From an uncultured Verrucomicrobiae bacterium (GTDB lineage: Bacteria > Verrucomicrobiota > Verrucomicrobiia > Limisphaerales > JAFGQR01), in NCBI GenBank assembly GCA_963788655.1, contig CAWBHS010000008.1, forward strand, positions 25,989 to 89,988: 64,000 bases of DNA. Direction: 5' to 3'. Each line of letters starts with the position of its first letter. Positions within the stretch are counted from its first letter, which is position 1. Under the pieces are notes generated by a model that did no database searches, had not been told where the DNA came from, and saw only the letters and a program-made list of their open reading frames with translations. The translations under genes and the position numbers were made by a program. Positions 1 through 9,985 of the stretch are shown one piece after another.

Positions 1-442
1 TGGACTTGGATGTCTTGGCGATGGCCATGGCTTTTTGCAGCCAGTCCCAAGCCTCGTCCAGCCGCCCGAGTTGCGCCGTATAACAAGCCAAATTGTAAGG
101 GATGATGGAATTCTTGGGGAACTTTCCACAGGCGGGCAGCAAGGCTTCCCAGGACTGCAACAAGCCGCCACCGGTCGCCCGGCGCAACGAATAGGCACGG
201 TGGATCCACCCCGAAACCCGTTGGGGAGCGAGCGTCACCAGCGCTTCGGCCACAGCCAATGCCTGATCCCAATCCTCCAACGCGGCACACACCTGCCATC
301 GGACATCCAGCACGTCGGGATGTTGTTGGAACGTTCCGGCAATCCGGCTCAACTCAGCATGGGCTTCCGCCGGCAGACCCAGTTCGATCCAGCCAATTGC
401 GCCCAACAAAAACTGGGCATCCGGTTGTGGCAATTCCGACAT
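1..442 (-). CDS. TPR-repeat protein, 3' end runs off the window
   Basis: Read by hand, absent from the ORF track: MSELPQPDAQFLLGAIGWIELGLPAEAHAEL...SGWIHRAYSLRR...IPYNLACYTAQLGRLDEAWDWLQKA; YNLACY..LG..EA is a TPR-type motif. Confidence 0.7.
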   Translation of the reverse strand, partial: MSELPQPDAQFLLGAIGWIELGLPAEAHAELSRIAGTFQQHPDVLDVRWQVCAALEDWDQALAVAEALVTLAPQRVSGWIHRAYSLRRATGGGLLQSWEALLPACGKFPKNSIIPYNLACYTAQLGRLDEAWDWLQKAMAIAKTSKS

Positions 443-493
443 CGCCCGCGAACGTAAACGAAGCCGTGTTAAAAACCAAGCAAGCGGCGAGAG

Positions 494-600
494 AATGACC
501 AATGGCCAATGACCAAGTTCCAGAGAATTCCCAATGCGCAAGGTCCAATCAAATCTTGAGGAGCCTTCCGCCGGTGAATTCGTCATTGGCCATTCAATGT
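494..600. repeat. Degenerate heptamer repeat (AATGACC/AATGGCC) with an inverted partner
   Basis: aatgacc aatggcc aatgacc aag at 494-517; complementary gtcattggccatt near 582-594; same family at about 60326-60416. Confidence 0.55.
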
Positions 601-1482
601 CGGCCGCTGCCAGTGAAACGCTTTGTCGGTGAAAAGAAAAATTTCCCTCGACTCGGCCGTGGCCAGCAGGCCTTCCGGGACGAAGCAGCATGCCTCGATG
701 TGCTCATGTTTGAACTTGGTGCGGTAGGGCTTCTGGGCGCCCGCGCGGAGCGGGTCACCGGCAATACGAAACACATACGCGCCGGCCTTGGCTACCAGGC
801 CCAACAAACGTCCGTCGGGCGAAATATCCGCGCCGGTCACCGGCGATTCCACGCGCAGCCGCGCCACGTGTTCGAGGGTCAACGGTTCGGATTGGTTCGC
901 CAGCGGAAAACGATAGATGCGGGCGCGTTCATCATCGAAGACCTTGGACACCACGTAGCCGTTGGTCTGCCACACGAACAAGGCTTCGCAATCGAACGCC
1001 GCGAACGGAAACCGCAGTTGCCAGCCGCGCGTGACCCGGACGATGCCGCCAGACATCGGGTCCGGCTCGTCAATTTCGTAAACCGCCAGTTGCTGGCGCC
1101 GGGCATTATTGTTGCCGATGTCGCCCAAAAACAAATGCCCATGATCATCAATCGCAATGTCCTCCCAATCCTCGATTTGCGCTCCGCTGACGAGATACTC
1201 GGCCAGCAACCGGCCGTCGCGTGTGAGGGCATAGAGGGTTTGTTTGCGGATGCCGCCGCCGTCATTGTGCGTCCAAAACACACCGGGATGTTTCCGACTG
1301 GCTACGATGCCGGAGCTTTCCGTGATCCGCGAATATGTGATTTGACCGACCTGTTCCACGCCCGGGGCAACCACCCGTTCGTTGACGGGAGGAGCCGCCA
1401 ACGCCGTTTCCGTGACGAAGGCAGGCGCCCACAAGGTCAAGAGCAGCGTCAGCGTCGTCGGAATTGGGTGTTCTGACTTCAT
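583..1482 (-). CDS. Secreted hypothetical protein, probable beta-propeller (phytase-like/SdiA-regulated-like)
   Basis: Signal peptide; motifs ESSGIVAS, WTHNDGG, DWEDIA, GDIGNN, DCEAL, TGADIS. Confidence 0.6.
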   Translation of the reverse strand: MKSEHPIPTTLTLLLTLWAPAFVTETALAAPPVNERVVAPGVEQVGQITYSRITESSGIVASRKHPGVFWTHNDGGGIRKQTLYALTRDGRLLAEYLVSGAQIEDWEDIAIDDHGHLFLGDIGNNNARRQQLAVYEIDEPDPMSGGIVRVTRGWQLRFPFAAFDCEALFVWQTNGYVVSKVFDDERARIYRFPLANQSEPLTLEHVARLRVESPVTGADISPDGRLLGLVAKAGAYVFRIAGDPLRAGAQKPYRTKFKHEHIEACCFVPEGLLATAESREIFLFTDKAFHWQRPTLNGQ

Positions 1483-1550
1483 GGATGTCGATTGCCGTAA
1501 AATAAACTGCACCTTGGACCAAAGGCGATTAAATTCTCGGAGGCTTGGTT

Positions 1551-4179
1551 ATGCCGGATATGGAATTAAACAACAATACTGCCGGAAAGGTTGCCGCTCG
1601 AACGGAACTTCGTCTCAGCGGACTGAATTGCAACAATTGCGTGCGTCACGCGACGGAGGCCCTGCAGGGCGTCGAAGGAGTGGCCAGCGCGACCGTGACG
1701 CTCGAACCGCAACGGGCGACGGTGCGTTGGACGCCTGGCCATGCCCCGGTGGTGGATGCCTTGATCGCGGCAGTGCAGAAGGCCGGTTACCAGGCAACGG
1801 CGGTGCCGCACCGTCCCGATCCGGGCCGCCTCATCCTGCGTGTTACCGGCATGAGCTGCAACAATTGTGTGCGCCACGTGACCGAGGCGTTGCAGGGCGT
1901 GCCGGGTGTGGCCAATGCCGCTGTGGAATTGGAAACCAAACGCGCCACCGTGCGCTGGACGGAGGGTGCCAGCGCCCAAGTCGAACCGCTGCTGGCCGCG
2001 GTCAAACAAGCCGGTTACGAGGCGGAGCCGATCGAGGCCGCTCCCGGGGACACCGAAGATACCGGGACCAAGAAGCTGGCGAGCTGGCATCTGAATTTGT
2101 GGATAGGCGTGTTGGGCACGTTGCCGCTCATGCTGGGCGAATGGGTGTTTGGCCTGTCGAGCGAAACTTGGTTTCGCTGGTTCTCCTTCGCGCTGGCTGC
2201 GGTGGTTCAGACCAAAGCCGGCGCGTCGTTTTATCGCGGCGCCTGGAACCAACTCAAGGTGGGCAATTCGAACATGGACACCCTGGTGGCCCTCGGTTCC
2301 ACCACCGCGTTTGTCTATAGCACCTGGGCCTTGTTCAGTGGTATGCCCGGCCATCTGTATTTCATGGAAGCGGCGGGCATCATCACCATCATCAGCGTGG
2401 GCCATTGGCTGGAAGCCCGCGTCAGCAGCCGGGCGTCGAGCGCCCTCAAAGCTTTGCTCAATCTCGCCCCGGACCTGGCCCGGCGCCACAACGCCGACGG
2501 CAGCGAAACCGAAGTGCCGGTGGCCTCCTTGCAGGCCGGCGATCAGGTGGCGTTGCGGCCCGGTGACCGCGTGCCCACGGATGGCGAAGTGGCGGAAGGT
2601 CACTCGGCGGTGGATGAATCCATGTTGACCGGCGAGTCGGTGCCCGTGGACAAATCCGCTGCTGACAAACTGTACGCCGGCACCGTGAATTTGAATGGCC
2701 GGCTGCTGCTGCGTGTGACCGCCACCGGCGAGGCCACGGCGCTGGCGCACATTATTGCCGCCGTGCAGCGTGCCCAAACCAGCCGCGCCAACATTCAGCG
2801 TTTGGCTGACCGCGTGAGCAACGTCTTTGTGCCCCTCGTCGTGCTGGCCGCCCTGGGCACGGCGCTCTGGTGGGGGTTGGCGCCCGAGACCGCCCAGCAA
2901 GTTCACCACTGGCTCGCCGGCTATTTGTGGCACGTGAGCTTGCCGGAAACCGCATTGGCGTCCGCGGTAATCGGGGCGGCGGCCGTGTTGATTATCGCGT
3001 GTCCCTGTGCCATGGGGCTGGCGACGCCGGCGGCGATCATGGCCGGTTCCAATGTTGCGGCCAAACGAGGCATTCTCATTCGGGACGGGGTGGCCTTGGA
3101 AAAAGCAGGCCGGGTGACGGCCGTCATTTTTGACAAGACCGGAACCTTGACGCTGGGCAAACCCCAAGTGGCAAAGTTTGAAGCGTTCGGTCAAGTATTC
3201 GAACCAGAGCCTGACCTTGACCCGACCAACTCCAATCCGGTTCGCGGTTCGCAGGGACAGCATCCAACAACCCGAAATGGCGACACCTCGGTCCTTCCCC
3301 AAGTTCGCATCGCTGCCGCTCTGGCCCGCCCTTCGACGCATCCGCTCAGCCAAGCCGTGGCCAAACTGGCGACTGAGGAAATAACGTTCCGTGACTGGCA
3401 GGAAGTGCGTGGAGCCGGGGTTGAAGGCAAATTGCAAATTGCCGACTACGGACCGAAACCGGACGGCAGCGCGAACGGCGAACCTACGTTGCGGCTGGGC
3501 GCTTTGAAATGGTTGACCGAGTGCGGTGTGGACCTGACCGCAGCCAAGCCGTTCGTCGAGGAATGGACCGCCCAAGGCGCCACGGTGCTAGGGTTGGCGG
3601 CCGACCGCGCATTGCTCGGCTTGCTGGCCGTCAAGGATACGGTGAAATCCGGCGCCCGCGTCGTGGTACACAAACTTCAGCAGCAAGGATTGAAAACCTA
3701 TCTCGTTACTGGCGACAACCGATTGACGGCCGCCGGCATCGCCCAGCAAACAGGAATACCCGCCGACCAGGTTTTTGCCGAAGTGCGTCCAGAGCAGAAG
3801 TCCGAATTTGTCGTGAGACTCCAGCGAGAAGGTCATCGGGTGGCGTTCGTCGGTGATGGCATCAATGACGCGCCGGCGTTGGAACAAGCGGACCTGGGTA
3901 TCGCAGTGGCGCGCGCCAGCGACATCGCCCGGGAAGCCGCGGACATCATTCTGCTGAAGTCCGAAATCGAGGCCGTGCCGGAGAGTCTCGGCCTGGCGCG
4001 GGCCACCTTGCGGACCATCAAGCAAAACCTGTTTTGGGCTTTCTTTTACAATGCCATCGGCGTTCCTTTGGCTGCTCTCGGTTTCATGAGTCCCGGTACT
4101 GTGCGCCCTGGCCATGGGTGTCTCCGATCTGGTGGTGGTCGGCAACGCGCTACGCTTGCGTGCTTGGAAGGAATCATAA
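1551..4179 (+). CDS. copA: Cu(I)-type P1B heavy-metal ATPase with two N-terminal HMA domains; +1 frameshift near 4095
   Basis: GLNCNNC and GMSCNNC HMA motifs, TGES, CPC, DKTGT, HP, GDGIND, YN; the shifted frame gives VLCALAMGVSDLVVVGNALRLRAWKES* ending at 4179. Confidence 0.9.
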
Positions 4180-4187
4180 AACTACCC

Positions 4188-5172
4188 ATGGCTGCCGGCA
4201 TCAATGTGCTCATCCACGAAAGCCAGTTCCCCGACCATTGGGAACAGCGAGTTGAAACACTCGCTGGTCAGCCGGCGCATCAATCCCAAGTTTCACTATG
4301 GCAGTCCCCGTCAAACGCAGGCTTGGCTGGCGCTGCATCAGGCCTGTTCGCCGGCCGTCTCGGATCCGGATTGTATTGGCATTTATGACGCGAGCTTTCG
4401 CTTCGTGGCGGAGCAACTGGCTGCCGGGCCGGTCCATGTTGTCAGTCTCGGTTGCGGCGGTGCGCAGAAGGAAGCGCGATTGCTGCGCTTGCTCAGCGAT
4501 GGACGCGGGGATGTTCACGTCACTTTGGCGGATGCCAGTCCAGGATTGGTCGTCACCGCCCATCAACGCATCGCCAAGACTCAACCCCGGAGCATCCGAG
4601 CGGTCATGGTAGATTTGCTGACCGCGGACGATCTCTCCGGATTGCTGTTTGCGCCTGGAGCCGAAACGGCTCGACGAATAGTGACTTGCTTCGGGGTGCT
4701 GCCCAATGCCCAGCCCGCGGTGATATTTCCGCGGCTGGCGAACTTGATGCGTTCCGGCGATTGGTTGTTGCTGAGCGCTAATCTTACCGCGGGCCGGAAT
4801 TATCTCCAGGAAGTCCAGGCCGCACTCCCGCTCTATGACAATGCGCTAACGCGTGACTGGCTGAGCTTGCTGTTGTTCGACTGCGGATTTGAACGCCGCG
4901 ACGGAGAAATTCGTTTCACCATCGAAGCGTGCGATACGCACCCTGAATTGCTGCAAATTGTGGCTTGGTTTGACCTCCGCCGTGAGCGTTGCCTTCGTTT
5001 AGGCGGCGAAGCTATTCAGTTTTCATCCGGGGAATCACTCCGCTTGTTCTATTCCCATCGTTACACCGCCGCGCTGGTGGACCAAATGATTCATCAGGCA
5101 GGTCTGTCCCTTCAACATACATGGATCACCCAGCACAGCGATGAAGGAGTGTTTGTCTGCACGGGGGTGTGA
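4188..5172 (+). CDS. EgtD-like (Methyltransf_33, L-histidine N-alpha-methyltransferase family) SAM-dependent methyltransferase; frameshift near 4235
   Basis: ATG at 4188 (MAAGINVLIHESQFP) joins ORF 4204-5172; INPKFHY, VVSLGCGGAQKE SAM-binding motif, GESLRLFYSHRY. Confidence 0.65.
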
Positions 5173-5637
5173 TGGGCGTGCGACCGCTCGCGAGAGAAAA
5201 AGAAAGGTGTCGGCAAGAGCATCAGGATGCACAGCAAATGCATCTTTCGCCCCCTATAGGCTCAACCAGATGCCCTCGCCGACACAAAAACGGTGATTGG
5301 GAATTGCAGGCAGCCCCGCATTCAGCTTGGCGACACCAAGACACAGCTCGCGCCCCCTTCGAGCTTCAAGGTGAGCTTGGTTACCGGCGCGCTGTTGAAC
5401 TGCAAATTCCACTTTTTCAAAAAACCAAGATTGCCAAATGTCGATTTGGTTGCCGGTTTGTATGCTGCCGGCAAACTGAGTTTTCCGGGCTAAAGAATGA
5501 CAGACTCCGCGTCGCAAAACAAGTCACAGAATATCTTTTTTTGTTTATTATGGGTATTAGACTTGCTGCCGCAGCCAAGGCACGGAAACGGCTTGCCTGC
5601 CTGAATAATGAGGGTGGGCAAATTAAGCCAATCATTT

Positions 5638-6849
5638 CTAAGGCGCTGATTCCGTGTGGCTTTTGCCGTTTATCCGATACAAATGAACTCCGTATGGCGG
5701 AAAATCGTCGGCAAAATGCCCGTTTTTTGCCTCCAAAGAACGGTCTTCACCCAGCACCACAGCCGTTGTTTTGCCGGCCAGGCCGGGGAGCTCAATAATG
5801 CCCTGCGTCGGGCGAGGCCGCATGTTCACCGAGAAGAGATAATTGGTGGCGCCGTGGCGTTTCATCATCCAGGCAATCGGCGTGTTCTGGACACTGGATT
5901 TGACAGTGACGCCGCCGGAGACGCTGGGGCGGTTGAGCGCGGGCGCGAGTTCGTGAATCTGGCGGTTGATGGCAGTGACGGCGGCCAACATCTCCGGGTC
6001 TTCCAGCAACGCGGCTTCTTTGAAGCTTGGCTGGAACTGATGGACGAAATAGATCAATCCCTGCGAACCGTGAATGAGCGCCATCCAGACTTCCGCGCGC
6101 AATTGTTGCGGTGTCGCCTTCGCCCGCGGATTGCCAATGTGGGTACACTCGATGCAATTCCAAACAATCTTCTTTCCGCCGCTCCACTTCACCAGTCGCT
6201 CTACTCCATGGGCGACGAATTCCAACTTGCCGGCCACTTCGCGGTGGTTGTGGACTGCGGGATAAATATCGAAGGATGCGATGTCGCAGCCTTTGATGTA
6301 TTCGGGATAATCCTCCGGATGATTGCGGCGGACCCCGCGGCCGATATAGTTGTCCCACGCCACGCCCTGGCCCAGATTGAGCATTACGGGCCGCGACGGA
6401 TCCGCGGCGCGGAGGTGTTCGTAATCACGAATTATTTTTTCCGGCAGAATGGGCGGACCATACCCTTTGCCTTGGCCGAGCGACTGGGCGTTGTCCGGTT
6501 CGTCTCCGTGCATCCAACCCACAATGATCGGATTGTCCCGGTTGGCCAGGCCCACGCGGTTCTGCGCGCAGATGACCGGCATGTTCGCGGCCTGTAATTC
6601 AGCCAGTTGATTGGTAGTCGGCCCCCGCCAAAGCCCCACGTAGAGGTTGATGCCGGCCGCTTGGTAGCGGGCCGCATTACGCGGACTTTGCAGCCACACC
6701 GCAATGGGGAAGTAATGATCATCTGCCGGTGGACCATGCTTCCATTGGGCATAATTGACGGACGCGGATGATTCAGGAATTTGGGCTCGGATCAGAGGTG
6801 GCGTGGCCAACAACACGCCGGCCAGCGCGAGAAGAAGCTGCGGTTTCAT
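5638..6849 (-). CDS. Secreted putative glycoside hydrolase (TIM-barrel, beta-galactosidase-like, uncharacterised)
   Basis: Signal peptide MKPQLLLALAG; GWMHGDEPD, DIASFDIYP, EVWMALIHGSQGLIYF. Confidence 0.55.
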   Translation of the reverse strand: MKPQLLLALAGVLLATPPLIRAQIPESSASVNYAQWKHGPPADDHYFPIAVWLQSPRNAARYQAAGINLYVGLWRGPTTNQLAELQAANMPVICAQNRVGLANRDNPIIVGWMHGDEPDNAQSLGQGKGYGPPILPEKIIRDYEHLRAADPSRPVMLNLGQGVAWDNYIGRGVRRNHPEDYPEYIKGCDIASFDIYPAVHNHREVAGKLEFVAHGVERLVKWSGGKKIVWNCIECTHIGNPRAKATPQQLRAEVWMALIHGSQGLIYFVHQFQPSFKEAALLEDPEMLAAVTAINRQIHELAPALNRPSVSGGVTVKSSVQNTPIAWMMKRHGATNYLFSVNMRPRPTQGIIELPGLAGKTTAVVLGEDRSLEAKNGHFADDFPPYGVHLYRINGKSHTESAP

Positions 6850-6954
6850 TGGTGCGATAGCATGCTTCAACCGCCCGTGGCGCACAAGCCAAAGCTGGAT
6901 AATGAGGCGTCGTCCTGGATTGACGCATGGGGCGTGCTTCGTCAGAATCAATGC

Positions 6955-7686
6955 ATGAACCGATCGCTAATTGCCTCATGCCTGACGCTGTTGTGCGCTG
7001 CTCACACTGGCTTTGCCGCTTCGCTTGTCCCTGGCCCGGAACTCCAGGCCGCTGCGGAAAAGCAATGGGCGAAAGCCATTGCCGACCTTGAAACCCGCGA
7101 TCAACGCGAGTCCCATCCAGCGGACAGCATTCTGTTCGTGGGCAGTTCGTCCATCCGCCTCTGGAACAGCATTGTGCCCGACATGGCGCCGTATCATCCG
7201 ATCCAGCGCGGCTATGGCGGGGCCAAGTTTTCGGACGTGACGGTGTTCGCGAAACGGCTGATCGCGCCTCATCAATTTCGGGCCATGGTCGTGTTTGTTG
7301 CCAATGATGTGACCGGTCGGCCGGATGATCCCACACCCGAACAAGTGGCTGGTTGGTTCGGACACATTGTCGATGTGGCGCGCGCGGCGCAACCTGACGC
7401 CCCCATTTTTTGTCTGGAGGTTACTCCCACCCAGTCCCGCTGGCAGGCTTGGCCGAAGATTCGCGAAGTCAACCGCGCCCTGGCTCAAGAGTGCCTGGCT
7501 CGGCCCAACGTCGATTTCATTCCCACCGCCCACGCCTATTTGGGATCGGACGGCAAACCGCAGGCGGAATTGTTCCGCAATGACCGTCTGCACCTAAGTC
7601 CGTTGGGTTACCGCATCTGGTCCGCGATCATCAAGTCCCACTTGGATGCGGTGCTGGATCCAGATTTCGCCATTCGAAAACGCTAA
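6955..7686 (+). CDS. GDSL/SGNH-family esterase/lipase
   Basis: Signal peptide; FVGSSSIRLW, RGYGG, ANDV, DRLHL blocks. Confidence 0.85.
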   Translation: MNRSLIASCLTLLCAAHTGFAASLVPGPELQAAAEKQWAKAIADLETRDQRESHPADSILFVGSSSIRLWNSIVPDMAPYHPIQRGYGGAKFSDVTVFAKRLIAPHQFRAMVVFVANDVTGRPDDPTPEQVAGWFGHIVDVARAAQPDAPIFCLEVTPTQSRWQAWPKIREVNRALAQECLARPNVDFIPTAHAYLGSDGKPQAELFRNDRLHLSPLGYRIWSAIIKSHLDAVLDPDFAIRKR

Positions 7687-7974
7687 GCTGCATCTATGCA
7701 GTAAGGAACCGCGAATGAATCCAGCCCAGCGCACCCGTAACCAAGAATAATCAGCCACAAAAGAACGCCAACGCCGTAGAGACATTCATCAGGAGTTGCG
7801 CGCTGTTGCCCACCGAATTGTAATAGCATCGCACCAAGTCCGGTAAGGGCCGCAGATGACTGCCAAACCAGTCCGTGCTCAGCATGGTGTCCACTTCGTT
7901 GGGCGCCCCCAACACGCCGTCCGGATCGCCGGCGGCGCAGGTCGCATCCGGCGTGATGAGCAACGCGAGGTCCA

Positions 7975-8198
7975 CAGGTTGCATCCACTTGCACCGGGCC
8001 ACCATCCAGCCCCATCGCTTCGAGGCGACGGATGATCTCCGTCCCGCGCGTATCATAGCCCACGCGAGAAATGCCTTTGGCCTGGGTGCCCAACGCGTGC
8101 GCGTGGCAAGCAAAGTTGGCGGGAGCCCCGCCCAATTGTGGGCCGGCGGGCAACAAGTCCCAGAGAACTTCGCCCAGGCCAATGACATTAAAACTCAT
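7975..8198 (-). pseudogene. 5' fragment (about 74 codons) of a PfkB-family carbohydrate kinase, probably fructokinase
   Basis: MSFNVIGLGEVLWDLLPAGPQLGGAPANFACHAHALG...SRVGYD; similarity ends abruptly after VQVDAT and no C-terminal DTVGAGD motif follows. Confidence 0.75.
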
Positions 8199-8245
8199 TT
8201 TGTTCGGAGGTTTTTCAGACGTCGATAGTTCCGGAAAGATCGGCA

Positions 8246-8476
8246 GCCGTTGCACGGTTGGTGCCCATGGTTCCCCTCACCCTGACCCTCTTCCCAAGGA
8301 GAGAGAACAGCGATGGCACGGGCCTTGATCTTTGATGAGGATGCGACGATCGTCTGCTTTGGGATACGCGCCTCAGCAACCAAGCATGGGAGTGCGCTCG
8401 TTGTCTCCGGCCGGCGCCAAACGGGCTCCCTCTCCCCAAGGGAGAGGGCTGGGGTGAAGGGGAAGGTGACGCCCGC
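8246..8476. repeat. About 230-bp REP-doublet (REPIN-like) element, copy 1
   Basis: Inverted arms CCCCTCACCCTGACCCTCTTCCC...GGGAGAGGGCTGGGGTGAAGGGG; arms, spacer and flanks all align with 15677-15910. Confidence 0.8.
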
Positions 8477-8532
8477 AGTGCCTGAACGCAGAGATTTGCC
8501 CCCCCGACCAACCAGCTTTGTTCATAAGCCGT

Positions 8533-9954
8533 TCATCGATTCAAGCCTTCTGTTTTGCCAGAGGTCGAGGACAAGGAACTCCCCCGGATTGCATTGTCTT
8601 CGGAGCTGGGCGCCTGCGATTGCGGTTCCGCCGCGATCCCCAGTTTGTGTTGCATGGCCTCCAAAGAAATCCCTTTCGTTTCCGGCACCATGATTTTCAC
8701 CCACACCAGTTGCAGCACCATCATGCCGCTGAAGAACAGGAAGACGAATCCCGGGGAGAAGGCCGTTACCAGCTTGGGAAACAGCGTGGTGAGCAACGCG
8801 GCAAAAAACCAGTGCGTAAAACTGCCCAGGGCCTGGCCCTCGGCGCGATGGCGGTTGGGAAAGATCTCGGAGATAAACACCCAGATGACCGCTCCCTGAC
8901 CCACCGCGTGCGCGGCGATGAAGGCAAAGATGCATCCCGGCACGATGGCGAAATGCTGCGTGAAGAACGCCCAGGCAGTCAGCCCCAGCGAAGTGATGTA
9001 ACCAAAAGATCCGACGTACAGCAGCGTGCGCCGGCCCAACCGGTCGATGAGCCACAAACCAACGAAGGTGAAGATCAAATTGGTGACGCCGATGCCGATG
9101 GATTGCAGCAGCGCCGCTTTCTGGCCCAGACCGGTCATCTCGAAAATGCGCGGCGCGAAATACAGGACCGCGTTGATCCCGGAAAGTTGATTGAAAAAGG
9201 CAATCAGAACTGCCAGCGCAATCGGGAGCCGCAACCTCCAGGTCCAGAAGCGAGCGGAGGATTTCTGCGCGGACGATGCTTCCGCAATCTCATCGGCTTT
9301 GGCCGCCAGTTCCGCCGGCGACGCTTCGGGGCGGATGACCTGCAGGATTTGGAGGGCGGTTTCCCGGTCGCCTCGGCGGCCAATCAACCAGCGCGGGCTC
9401 TCCGGAATGCTGAAGCAAAGCGCTGTGTAAACGAGGGCTGGAATGGCTTCCACGCCGAGCATCCAACGCCAGGCTTGTTCGCCCAACCGAGCCAGCAGGG
9501 CATTGGAGACAAAGGCGATCAGGATGCCGAAGACAATGTTGAACTGGAACATGCCCGCCAGCCGCCCCCGGCGCTCCGCCGGGGCAATCTCCGAAATGTA
9601 GAGGGGCGCGGCAACGGTGGAGATACCCACCCCGAGTCCACCGATGAACCGAGCAATAATGAACGAATAAACGTCCGTGGCCAAACCCGACCAGACGGCG
9701 GACACAAAGTACAGGATGCCGATCCAAAGCAGCGTAGCCCGGCGCCCAAAGCGGTCGGTGGGCCAGCCGCCCAACAACGCGCCCAGGACCGTGCCGTAGA
9801 GCGCCGAGGCCATGGCGATGCCGTGCAGCCCCGCGCTCAATCCCCAGAGCGTTTGGATTTTTTGCTCGGCGCCGGAAATGACGACGGTATCGAAACCAAA
9901 GAGAAATCCGGCGAGCGCCGACGTGATGGCCCAAAAGAAAATGCGAGCTTTCAT
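8533..9954 (-). CDS. Sugar porter family MFS transporter
   Basis: GFLFGFDTVVISG, DRFGRR, YISEIAP..RG, PESPRWL, QLSGINAVLYF, PETKG. Confidence 0.95.
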   Translation of the reverse strand: MKARIFFWAITSALAGFLFGFDTVVISGAEQKIQTLWGLSAGLHGIAMASALYGTVLGALLGGWPTDRFGRRATLLWIGILYFVSAVWSGLATDVYSFIIARFIGGLGVGISTVAAPLYISEIAPAERRGRLAGMFQFNIVFGILIAFVSNALLARLGEQAWRWMLGVEAIPALVYTALCFSIPESPRWLIGRRGDRETALQILQVIRPEASPAELAAKADEIAEASSAQKSSARFWTWRLRLPIALAVLIAFFNQLSGINAVLYFAPRIFEMTGLGQKAALLQSIGIGVTNLIFTFVGLWLIDRLGRRTLLYVGSFGYITSLGLTAWAFFTQHFAIVPGCIFAFIAAHAVGQGAVIWVFISEIFPNRHRAEGQALGSFTHWFFAALLTTLFPKLVTAFSPGFVFLFFSGMMVLQLVWVKIMVPETKGISLEAMQHKLGIAAEPQSQAPSSEDNAIRGSSLSSTSGKTEGLNR

Positions 9955-9985
9955 GGCGATTGTTTTTCGAGATGAGGCGATTGGC

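Noticed and set aside
4179..4388. CopA fused to the downstream methyltransferase start (947-aa ORF)
   Set aside because: Caused by the frameshift near 4095; the shifted frame restores the normal CopA C-terminus with a stop at 4179.
5468..5520. Possible c-di-GMP-I riboswitch (GGCAAAC...CCGGGCTAA...ATGACAG)
   Set aside because: The GAAA-capped hairpin and the GACGCAAA segment are missing from the expected positions and no gene follows on that strand; an Rfam scan would settle it.
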